DNA of 20,000 nt from Wickerhamiella versatilis. Lineage: Eukaryota. This document shows, in pieces, positions 1-9,355 of this stretch. Location: assembly GCA_030867685.1 (NCBI GenBank), contig JAQOWU010000008.1, positions 4,575,438 through 4,595,437 of the forward strand, in the 5' to 3' direction. The notes under the pieces are model-generated. The model worked only from the letters and a program-made list of their open reading frames with translations, was not told the DNA's origin and did no database searches. Position 1 is the stretch's first letter; each line of letters opens with the position of its first letter. The position numbers and the translations under genes were made by a program.

Positions 1-126
1 ATGGTCTGAACAGATCTTGTAGATATATTTACCGTACCAGCTGCACTTTGCTCCTTTTGTGTGATATGAAACAATAGTAATATCTATAGCTACCATGAGC
101 TAGTTATAGCGTTCCCTTTATTCCAA

Positions 127-1206
127 TCACTTGTTTTTCATCCATTCTAAAATAGTAGCTTTGATGGTAGCTCCGCTTTCTCCGTACTTATAGTTGTAGT
201 GGTTACCATCCAGGTAAGACAAGTTCAGGTTTGGGGTTCGCTCTCCGAGACCGTCTATCAAGATCTTAGTTTCAATGTTATCCCCATTCATCATCCAAAC
301 CTTCAATTTATCCACTGGCAGATACTGTCGATACATTTTACCGCTGATAATTCCAGGAATAAGTCGGTTGAAAACATACCATTGATATTTAAGCATTCCA
401 TGACTTGTGTCGGAATTTCTGCCCTTTGTGAGAGCCGTCAAAGCACTAGCAATGTTTGAGCCAAGTTGGTTGTTTAATGCTCCTGCATCTGCGGCGTGTA
501 GAGCTTTAAGAATATCAAGTAGCTTATCTGCGATCCATTGAGGGATACCAATCTGCACCAGCACTTCTGGGATGACGGGTATAGAGACTACTCCCATATA
601 GGAGATGGAAGCCCACTGCGCTAAAACTTGCGTAAGATTCTGCTGATTATGTACGAGATTTTTGGTCTGGTCTATCAGCGATTGGGTGGCCAGATCAAAG
701 GATGGAACTCCTACAGAAAAAATGGTCCCAATGGAGCCATTTTCCGGATGCATATCACAGTATTCTGAAGCAATAAATGGTGACCAAGCCTCTCCAAAAA
801 CAGCTACTTCCTTGTTTGGTGCCGCAGCTTCAATGACAGCACCCATATCTTCCGCCAGGTTAGGGAGACTGTAGTCCCATATGCCCCATGGATGCGCACT
901 TTTCCCGGAGCCACGCTGATCATATAATATCACGTGTAAGCCTCTATCGGCCATGTCTGCGGCAAAATCATCAAAAGTTTCAGCTGACACGGGCCATCCA
1001 CCTGTGATTATGAGTGTAGGATTTGTAGGGTCGCCATATTCGTAGTACGACACAGCTAGGCCTTGAGAATAAGTAAACTGAAGAGAGCTAGCATTCGGAA
1101 AATTGCTAGGTACATCAGTAGTAGACGAATCGTAAGGCGCTACTGTAGAGACTGTAACGCCGCCAAGCACGCCATGAACTAAGGTACACAACAAAGGCAG
1201 TATCAT
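127..1206 (-). CDS. Secreted alpha/beta-hydrolase fold protein, epoxide hydrolase/EphD-like, with a non-canonical catalytic elbow
   Basis: 359-aa ORF with a hydrophobic N-terminal signal peptide. Motifs GGWP (HGWP equivalent), YDQRGSGKS, YSLPNLAEDMGAVI, elbow GEAWS (canonical GHDWG) and a C-terminal His in LDGNHY. TATATAAA lies about 33 nt upstream. Confidence 0.85.
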   Translation of the reverse strand: MILPLLCTLVHGVLGGVTVSTVAPYDSSTTDVPSNFPNASSLQFTYSQGLAVSYYEYGDPTNPTLIITGGWPVSAETFDDFAADMADRGLHVILYDQRGSGKSAHPWGIWDYSLPNLAEDMGAVIEAAAPNKEVAVFGEAWSPFIASEYCDMHPENGSIGTIFSVGVPSFDLATQSLIDQTKNLVHNQQNLTQVLAQWASISYMGVVSIPVIPEVLVQIGIPQWIADKLLDILKALHAADAGALNNQLGSNIASALTALTKGRNSDTSHGMLKYQWYVFNRLIPGIISGKMYRQYLPVDKLKVWMMNGDNIETKILIDGLGERTPNLNLSYLDGNHYNYKYGESGATIKATILEWMKNK

Positions 1207-1238
1207 TTCCGTTGCTGTTACAACGCCCTGGTCGGCGG

Positions 1239-1246
1239 TTTATATA
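1239..1246 (-). promoter_or_regulatory. TATA box of the alpha/beta hydrolase gene
   Basis: TATATAAA on the minus strand, about 33 nt upstream of the ATG at 1206. Confidence 0.55.
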
Positions 1247-2823
1247 TTAGTAAAAAATAACAACTCGCGTAGCATATTTACCGTAAATTTGTGACACATG
1301 GGTTCAAAACATGGAGTTTGTCTTGTCAGATACGGAAATTAAAGGCTATAAATCTATTAGTGCATACAGTTCAAACGAAATAGAATAAAATGTCTCCGCT
1401 TCCCTAACTGAGACTACCTGAACACAATAAGGGGTAGATCTCTAAGGCCAGGGCTGGGTGTACCCTTGCTTGCTCAGTGTACCCTTACCTTGCCTTATAC
1501 GCAAAGCACTCGGGCAATATTAAATGTCCTAAATATTAAAGGACTAATTGAGGGACAAATATTATCTGGTAACATATTGAACTTTTCTAGAACTGAAATA
1601 TATCATTTGCGTGGCGGAAATAGCAAGATCATATTGATAGGTATGTATTCCATCTGTCGAGCCATGCATGCTTGGGCTGGGAATTGATCTGGTGTTGAGA
1701 CATCGGATAGTATACGAGCCGTACAGCGCTTATCCCTAAAGTAGGAAGTGCTCCAAATAGACTCATCCTGGCAATTAGTACCCACGTTATGAAGGTTCTC
1801 TTCAAAATACCTCCCCTGGTCACAATACAAGTTCTTTTTCCATTGCAACTTCATTAAATAGACCACAATTCGGAGTCTTGGTGAAACATAGCCCCACATC
1901 TCTCGATTATTTGCATTGAACACAGGGTCATCCGAATTTGTCCAGCTTGTCCGCCTTCTGGTATGAGAGGCGACCATTGGTGGGAACCAATAGGAGATGG
2001 CAGTACAGGTGGGCTTGAAACTCAACGGAGTACCCGCTGAGAACGCGGGCAAAATGTGCCGCAATTATGGGTGTTCTATAACATATATTTATATATTTTG
2101 TGACACAGCTAGAATCAACAAAAATAGCTAGATTCTCTATCTATTAAACAATGAAATGAGTTAATGCTCGTTTATACCCTCATGAGAGATGCTACAAGTA
2201 TGCTCAAAAAAGAAACGCAGAATTATTGTTCCTTGCAAACCCCAGTGCTTCTAAATATGAACACACAGAAAGAAAAGGTGCTTAGCTAGAAGTAGCCATG
2301 GACCAAGTAGTCATAAAAAAAATGTAGTTTGCGTGTACGTAATGGGCAACCTTATACTTTTGACGAATTCATCTTTATGCCAACAGAATCAGAGTGCGTA
2401 TCAATTGTACAGTAAATTAAATAGAATCAAGAAAACAAAATGACAGTATTTGCCTAGAGACACATCCTCATAGCCTTATTCGGCAGAAGCGAGCCATCAT
2501 GCATAGTAGTTATCTAGAAGTAGTGCTTACTGCACCACCGGATGTACGCTTATTAACACGGGTTGTGTTCATTGTGCTCGGCGAATGCTCAGTTTGTTAG
2601 AAGATTCAAGGGTGACTGGTTGAGCAATACAAGATATCCCACTTCACTACCTGAGATACGTCAACACAATAAATGATCAGTCAAAACCAAATGGAAATTT
2701 ATGTTAGAAGTTTTATGTTGGTGCATTTTAATTTCACCAGACTCCCTAAAGTATTAGCGTTTCTTGACTCTATATTCTAGCTCTTAGCAGGACCTCATGA
2801 AGCTCGACTATTATTTACTATGC

Positions 2824-2903
2824 ATCCCCGCAAATCACAATGTGAGACCAGTTGATTAGGGTTGCCCACTTTGTTTGTTTCGCGTAGGTATTAATGCGGG
2901 GAT
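2824..2903. promoter_or_regulatory. Pair of inverted Mig1/CreA-type GC boxes upstream of the lipase
   Basis: ATCCCCGCA (2824-2832) and TGCGGGGAT (2895-2903) form a perfect 9-bp inverted pair. Each is an SYGGRG box with an AT-rich 5' flank (ATTTGCGGGG, TTAATGCGGGG). Confidence 0.5.
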
Positions 2904-3163
2904 CATAATTCCTGCCCTGCCATGTACTTGTCTGATAGAGAGCATTCAAGATTCTGAGATTTCCTAAATTTTCGCTAATAGAGTGGAAATGCAATTAGTG
3001 CTTAAATGTACAGTAATGATTAATAAGTCGGTATTTGTCACGAGGGGGTCCGTACGCCCTGAAAAGGGCCAGGTTATAAATTTCGAGTGGGGTATGATAC
3101 ATTCCGAGAATCCTGGCATGTAGATCAGAGCACGAAAGCCATAAATAAGGATCTCAAAGACCC

Positions 3164-4504
3164 ATGTTGTTAACAATGATGCTCTTTCATGCCTTATTCA
3201 CTCTAGGCACTGTTCTCGGTGCTGCTATACAGAAGCGTGCTGCTCCAAGTGATGATGCGTTTTATACAGCTCCAGAAAACTTGACCAGCTATCGTCCGGG
3301 GGAGATTATCGACAGCCGCTCCGTTTTTTCATCGGTTATTCTAAGGGAGGTGACTCAAATAAAATATGCTACGACCAATACTCAGAATTCTTCTTCATAT
3401 ACGATAGCCACCGTGGCATCCCCAGATAATATTCAGTATCCGCAAAAACTTTTATCAATTCAAAATTGGCAGGACAGTGCCGGCAAAAATTGCGTGCCCA
3501 GTTATGGTTTGGTCACCGGTCTCCTTGGACCGGGCGGATTTACTACCTCGATTATCGATATGCCCATAGTTCTTGAATGGGCCTTATCAAAAGGCTACTA
3601 TGTTGTTGTTCCTGACCATGAAGGGCCCAATGGCGAGTTCATAGTGGGGCACACAGAGGGTCAAGCGGGACTAGATGGGATAAGAGCAGCTATCTCTTAC
3701 CTTAATCTCTCTGAAGACACGGACACGGCACTTTATGGTTATAATGGCGGCTCTCATGCCACAGCTTGGATGGCTAATTTACATGAGTTTTATGCTCCTG
3801 AGATCAACATTGTCGGATCAGTGACTGGAGGAACAGTTATTGACATGTATGCGATGTACAACAAGATTGCTGGTACCGTTTTCTCGGGGTTCATATTTCC
3901 TGTTGTTAATGCTTTTGCTGACGCTTATCCTGAACAGGGAGCACAGGTGCTGTCGCACTTCAATGGTATAGCCAACGCTACACTTTCCTATGCAGCCCAA
4001 GATAATGTATGCATCATCGGAGACCTACTTGGAGGCGCTTTCCGTAATATTGGCGATGAAAGTGATCTTGATGATTTTTTGTCCTTCCCTCCTTTAGTTG
4101 ATATATTCAATCGAGAAAGCTTACTCAACAACGTGTCAAGTCTTGCAGTATCGGCTCCAAAATTCCCTCGGTTTAACTATCATGCGCTTTTAGACGAGAT
4201 TGTGCCTTATCCAGCAGATGAGATGTACACCGAGCAGCAGTGTGCTCTTGGAGCAGATATCCAGTTCCAAACATTTGACCTGGGTGGGCATGCTACCACA
4301 ATGTTATTTGGTCTTCCTGGTGCTCTACAATTCTTGGAACAAGCATTTCTTGGGGAAGTTCCTAAAGTACAATGTGGTTCTCAAAATCCTCAGTCGGTCA
4401 ATATGAATTCATCAAATGTAGATGAAGTGATTGGTAAGGACACTGCCGATCGCATCCGTGCATTTAACGGCAAGAACACTACGTTGGGAATGATTTCCTG
4501 GTAA
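3164..4504 (+). CDS. Secretory lipase family (LIP; CalA / lactone esterase-like) protein with catalytic Ser replaced by Asn
   Basis: Signal peptide plus KR (Kex2-type) site. Motifs DDAFYTAP, QDSA..NCVPSY, VVPDHEGP, AGLDGIRAA, GYNGG (canonical GYSGG), YAPEINIVG, HALLDEIVPY (Asp) and GGHATT (His). The C-terminus is CalA-like (PKVQCG...DEVIG). The true start may be Met5 or Met6. Confidence 0.93.
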   Translation: MLLTMMLFHALFTLGTVLGAAIQKRAAPSDDAFYTAPENLTSYRPGEIIDSRSVFSSVILREVTQIKYATTNTQNSSSYTIATVASPDNIQYPQKLLSIQNWQDSAGKNCVPSYGLVTGLLGPGGFTTSIIDMPIVLEWALSKGYYVVVPDHEGPNGEFIVGHTEGQAGLDGIRAAISYLNLSEDTDTALYGYNGGSHATAWMANLHEFYAPEINIVGSVTGGTVIDMYAMYNKIAGTVFSGFIFPVVNAFADAYPEQGAQVLSHFNGIANATLSYAAQDNVCIIGDLLGGAFRNIGDESDLDDFLSFPPLVDIFNRESLLNNVSSLAVSAPKFPRFNYHALLDEIVPYPADEMYTEQQCALGADIQFQTFDLGGHATTMLFGLPGALQFLEQAFLGEVPKVQCGSQNPQSVNMNSSNVDEVIGKDTADRIRAFNGKNTTLGMISW

Positions 4505-4647
4505 AGATGACTAGGTGAACTTGTGCAGGTGAATAAATTGTCGTAGATGAGTTCTCGTTTTCCATAATATACTCCAGTTTACTACTCGAGACTGGTTGGA
4601 GAATGTAAGATAGCCCACTAATGCCATGATAAGGGCAACGAGATGAC

Positions 4648-6450
4648 TTAGTGAGCTGCAATTAGTTTTAGTCGTTCTTGGTTCCAAGAACTCAGGAGAT
4701 TATAGATAATCAAAGAGGAGACATAAAACATGATAGAAGGCGTGGCAAGATACCAAAATTGCAAAACGTCATCGCTCAGGACTTCTGTAGATTCAGCATG
4801 CCTATACATGCACATTAAATTATCAATTGAAAGCGAAATAATACACCATAATAGTATATATCCAGAGAAAAACATGGATTTGCTATCATTTGATTTTTGA
4901 TACTTTGATCTTTTCTTCATTATGTAGAGCACGAAAAATGCACCACCATATTCTATTGATACCAATGGAATAAAAAATAGAAAGTTTGTAAGACTATCCA
5001 TGCCATAAATGCTTTGAAAACCTAGCTGTCCACATATTTGAGATAATAAGAAGAGCCTGTTCCTCCAGTATGAAAGTTCATTTTTTCTATGCACTGAGAG
5101 CATGTTGAGTACTGAGCAAATTATACCCGTATGTGCCAAAACGTTGCAAGATAGTAGGAACCCATCGAACATCACTGATGATGATGCTGCAGTATATGAT
5201 AGTACTATCATAAGCAATACAGGAATTATAATCACGTTTTCCGGACATAGAACATGAGATCCAATCAAAGCATATGCGAAGTAAAAGAAAAATAGGTCGC
5301 AGACTAAAATTGGAAAATCAAAATACCCTCTAATGTACGAAAGACGGTCGAATATGTCATTAAAATCATTGATTATTTCATCTATTTCGAATTTGTCTCC
5401 CACTTTTCCTGCTGAAGCTTCATTAAGAAACCTGTACTTCCTGTCAACATGAATGCGTATGTACAGGTGGACAATAAAGTAACCAGTTAGAATGATTATT
5501 ATCAACCCATGGAGAAAAAGAAGCAACCTATCTTTTTCCACGACTGACTGGCGTGTGTATGGAATTTTGCACCTCACCGACGGCATATCAGTAGTTCTTC
5601 GTTCACTTGCTTCCCATGTGGCTAAAATATTGAACATAACCATCGCAGTAATACAGGTCATCACACAGATAATTGAAACTGTACCCTCTCCCCACCAAAG
5701 AGTGAAAGAAAGAGGATCCTCACGATATGCGGATGATGGATCTTCCCATGTCTCCATTTTCTGATGGACATTTGCAGCAGCGATTCCAAAAACTGAGAAA
5801 AATATTGTAGAAACATTTAGAGTTCTAACAATAACGATGTCCCTTGTGTCTCGGAAATAAACTTTTTTTGACCCAATTAATACAGCCATAGTTATCGAGA
5901 GGCCGCCCAGGGGTAATAATTGGAATAATTGGGTATATTCTAAGGATTTGGGAATATCAACCATAAAAGCTATCAAGCTTGGGAATAATATCAAAGCTAA
6001 GGAAAAATATTTCCACTTTGGTATCACGATCTTTGCCTCTGGAGACAAGGAATCCATTATTACGCATAGAAAACCCCAAAGGTTGATTAACTCACATATC
6101 CCTGACCCAATATCAAAGAAATGGGTACTCATTTTGAGCACTGTTAGTATAATACTTAGAAGTGACATTAAAGAATATAATGATGCAGTTATAATGGAAG
6201 GTAGTCGAGACCCAAATGGAATCAAGATTGCAGACAAACTGAATATAGAATATATAATAGGTCGTGACTGAGGGCAAAATCTCCAATAGAATGCGGTAGG
6301 ATCGTCATATATAGTGACTATAGATTCCAATGTAAATGCCAAAAAAACGAGTAGAGGAATGCGCTTCGTTCCGATATTACGCATTATACCATTTTTGTAT
6401 TCCTTATAATTGTCTGAGCAGGCAGCAGAGGGGCTATCCTGCATCCTCAT
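4648..6450 (-). CDS. Uncharacterised polytopic membrane protein (about 16 predicted TM segments)
   Basis: About 600 uninterrupted codons with many hydrophobic stretches. The ORF-track start at 6465 is TTG; the first ATG is at 6450. No family recognised. Confidence 0.75.
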   Translation of the reverse strand: MRMQDSPSAACSDNYKEYKNGIMRNIGTKRIPLLVFLAFTLESIVTIYDDPTAFYWRFCPQSRPIIYSIFSLSAILIPFGSRLPSIITASLYSLMSLLSIILTVLKMSTHFFDIGSGICELINLWGFLCVIMDSLSPEAKIVIPKWKYFSLALILFPSLIAFMVDIPKSLEYTQLFQLLPLGGLSITMAVLIGSKKVYFRDTRDIVIVRTLNVSTIFFSVFGIAAANVHQKMETWEDPSSAYREDPLSFTLWWGEGTVSIICVMTCITAMVMFNILATWEASERRTTDMPSVRCKIPYTRQSVVEKDRLLLFLHGLIIIILTGYFIVHLYIRIHVDRKYRFLNEASAGKVGDKFEIDEIINDFNDIFDRLSYIRGYFDFPILVCDLFFFYFAYALIGSHVLCPENVIIIPVLLMIVLSYTAASSSVMFDGFLLSCNVLAHTGIICSVLNMLSVHRKNELSYWRNRLFLLSQICGQLGFQSIYGMDSLTNFLFFIPLVSIEYGGAFFVLYIMKKRSKYQKSNDSKSMFFSGYILLWCIISLSIDNLMCMYRHAESTEVLSDDVLQFWYLATPSIMFYVSSLIIYNLLSSWNQERLKLIAAH

Positions 6451-6705
6451 CGACAACAAGCTCAATATGAGACAGCAGCGAGATAGAAGAAACCGTGATT
6501 AGTAACAAAATTCGTGCACCAGCACAGCAATGTATTTCTATGCATGAATATGTTAATAAGTCGGCTATAGTTGCAACTATTTAACGTTTGACAGATTGCC
6601 ATAAGCAACCATAATGTAGTAAGATAAATATGTTATGTGGTTGGACAATGAAAGAAAAAATATGTGCTCAAACCTGAATTCCGATGGTGATTATAGGACA
6701 AGAAG

Positions 6706-8588
6706 TCAGCATATACAACACTCATCGTGAGAGTCAGCAACCTCCACAGATTGAATTGGTTCTGAGGAACTCGCAGCAGACACTGGTGAAATATAACTGG
6801 GTTTATTTATGACTTCAGAAACCGCATTTACCATCTCACAAAGGGGGTTTTTGTCATAATCGAAAGGCCAGGTGTCTTGTGACACTATTTTTGAAATTTT
6901 GTCCATGGATTTGTTATCAAAACCAGTTATTTCGCTATCCATACAATTCGATTGCGTTTTCAAAAGAATTGCCAGATAAACTGCAATTGCACTGCGAACT
7001 GAAAGGCTTAAACTGCCAATTTCCTGGGTACAAGTGTCAAATAACAGCTGTGCAGCATTAGTGAGCTTTTGCAGTGAAGCCCGTCTTAATTCCAACGAAC
7101 AGAACACATTAAACGCTGCAAACGAATGAACAGCTATAACTGTATGGTAATATTCTGCCCTCAACTCGACCCAAGGAAAGGAGCACAGGATGCTTTGAAT
7201 ATCTCCTTTGCCAGAAGGGTTTATATTCCACAAATCTTCTTCTATGTGAAACCGCCAGGTCTCAAGCCGCTGATCGAGTCTAGTCATATCCTCAACGATT
7301 TGTTGCAATGACACCCTTCTTGTGCCTACTGAGCCGAGAAGTTTACACACATCATCATAAATAAGATGGATTCCAGTAAAATAATCGAAATTTTGAACCA
7401 CAATCACTGAAAGCGTCTTCTTTGATAGACTACTCACTCCTTTATCGGACAAAATAGGTTTAATCGATAAATGAATACCAAATGAGTAGTTGATAGCGGT
7501 TAATAATAACCATACATACTCACGGCGTCCAGATTCAGCTTTAGAATACTTTGAGTTTTCCTCCTCGCTGTCTAACCCAAGGCTTCTAGCCATAGCCACC
7601 ACTGTCTCTAGGAAATGCGGTACTGAATGAACAGAGCTAAAAACAGTCATCGTAAAAAGTAGTGACAAACACAACCTCACCTCTAGAAACCCGGGGTCGC
7701 TAAGGGTCAGAACCCGGAGTGTTTCCAGTGCTTTAAGATACGCACAGGCCTCTTGCGACCTCACTACGTATGGAACATCACTCTTTGATTCAGCTCTTAT
7801 TCCGTTTATGCCAATTATAAATATTGTAGAGAAAATTCCATTTCTGATATGTTCAGGATAAGAATTAATGCCAAGTGCAAGGTCCTCTGGTGAAATTAGG
7901 ACATGGAAAAAATTATCTTTCATTTTCATATAGATGTCAAGACACCTTTCAAAAATTATACTGTCATAAGTGACTATACTTGGAATATTGAGTAACTGTG
8001 AAAAGGATAACTGATAAGCTCTCCACATTGCTCGAGAATAATCATTAAGACGCTGCCACAACAATAGATCTCCTGTGGCTTGCAAGAGATGTGCTACATC
8101 CCCCGGTGTCAAAATTGAGCAGAATATATTTGGCGCATAAGATATATTGCTTAACGACATGTCGACAGTCTGTTGCTTAAAGCAGAAAAGTCCTTCATTG
8201 AATTCTCTTTTTTGAACGTATTTTCAGTGTCTGTACTAGGAGGTAACTCCGTATCTGGACGACTTCGACTTATCGCGTTTGGACTATGTTCATGTTCATG
8301 TTCATGCCCATGCTGAGTTGAGACTGAGACTAGTCTGGGAGGGCATATCGGTTCGTCATGATGGTCTCTTTCATATTTATTTTCCAAGTTCTCAATTCTC
8401 AACATGAGGGCAGTCCATAATTCTCTGGCAGGTGTCCGCGAGTGACTTCGATAAACGCATCGCAGTCCAGAACTGGAACAGTTTTCACATGCCGGAGAAG
8501 CTGCATCACAGCGTGCTTTACGTTGACGGCAACTCTCACACGCTATCGATGCACGTACTCGGCTTCTTTTTTCAACTCCCCCAGACAT
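6706..8588 (-). CDS. Zn(II)2Cys6 fungal transcription factor split into two frames (frameshift at about 8151-8223)
   Basis: 8588-8151 encodes CESCRQRKARCDAASPACENCSSSGLRC plus a coiled coil (RIENLE). 8160-6706 encodes a fungal TF middle-homology-like region (VAMARSLGLD...GRREYVWLL...SIKPIL). The two frames overlap and no convincing intron is present. Confidence 0.85.
8286..8312. repeat. (ATGTTC)3 hexanucleotide microsatellite encoding HGHEHEHEH in the transcription factor linker
   Basis: Directly visible as atgttc atgttc atgttc atgccc atg. Confidence 0.7.
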
Positions 8589-9095
8589 ACCAACAGGGCG
8601 AATCGATGATAAGTAATTATGTAGTCATACGTCACAGACTAGACTCTCCGTGAGAGATACATGATAGCGTAGATTGTTGTGGATCGTTGGAAAATACACG
8701 AGTATTTGACAGTTTGACAAAACCAAGCAAACCAGCTTACTAGCAATGTACCTTTCAAGTGAACTTCGTCGTTAGAGTTAGAGATAATGGCTTTAATTGT
8801 AGTAGTATGGGTTTGCAAATTGTTTAGAGAGCATAAGCAGGGGTGTTGGAGTGATCTATAAGGATCACTTGCTATTTTATAGGAGGAAGAGACGAGAAAG
8901 TGCTATTATGGGGTCTTTTCTTTTGAAGGTATTCGCGAATATACTGAACCATGACGGCATGTTCTAACTCTATAGTGACTGGTTGCCTCGTTATCATTAA
9001 TAACCTAACCCCTTGGATATAGTTTTCCGTTCGGCGCTTACCCAGTGTAAGTGGCTTAGGAGCCAGACCCAGATCTACAACCCTAGTAGTGATTG

Positions 9096-9116
9096 GCGGC
9101 TAACCTTTTCCGAAAC
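9096..9116. promoter_or_regulatory. Putative Zn2Cys6 binding site CGG-N10-CCG (GCGGCtaacCTTTTCCGAAAC)
   Basis: Inverted CGG triplets in the divergent TF/transporter promoter. A near-identical element lies at 13122-13141. Confidence 0.6.
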
Positions 9117-9225
9117 TATGACCTATAGTTACTTTTGGGTATATGTGAAGCTTAACAGCATATTATAATATATCACAATCATAATAATATAGTTATCTAT
9201 ATGTTAAGACTGCTTTCTCAATATC

Positions 9226-9231
9226 TATAAA
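9226..9231 (+). promoter_or_regulatory. Candidate TATA box of the MFS gene
   Basis: TATAAA 130 nt upstream of the ATG at 9356. Confidence 0.4.
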
Positions 9232-9280
9232 GTACGTGCGTGTCATTGACTGGTACTCCATCTGATCATATGACTAATAT

Positions 9281-9298
9281 ATGCCTCTCATACCCTAG
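9281..9298 (+). promoter_or_regulatory. Candidate uORF (MPLIP*) in the HOL1-like 5' leader
   Basis: ATG CCT CTC ATA CCC TAG lies between the TATA box and the main ATG. It resembles the short regulatory uORF of yeast HOL1 (MLLLPS*). Confidence 0.45.
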
Positions 9299-9355
9299 CT
9301 TTATCAGGTCAGTAGACTAGACTAAGCTGCACTGTCTAACAAGTATCAGGTTGCT

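Noticed and set aside
1455-1495. Short direct repeat GTGTACCCTT x2
   Set aside because: Only 10 bp in two copies, with no supporting context.
1603-2064. 153-aa minus-strand ORF between the two hydrolase genes
   Set aside because: TTG start, no recognisable motif and atypical composition. It could be a relic but cannot be supported.
8207-8213. AAAAAAG heptamer on the minus strand as a programmed -1 frameshift site in the TF
   Set aside because: The upstream frame reads TTC AAA AAA GAG, so the heptamer is not in the required X XXY YYZ register. No stimulatory structure was identified.
8150-8280. Intron joining the two TF ORFs
   Set aside because: No consensus donor or CTAAC branch point on the minus strand. 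The frame-restoring GT-AG pair I examined would give an implausibly short intron of about 30 nt. This is not fully excluded without cDNA.
9001-9012. TAACCTAACCCC as a telomere-like seed
   Set aside because: Only two imperfect units, compatible with chance.
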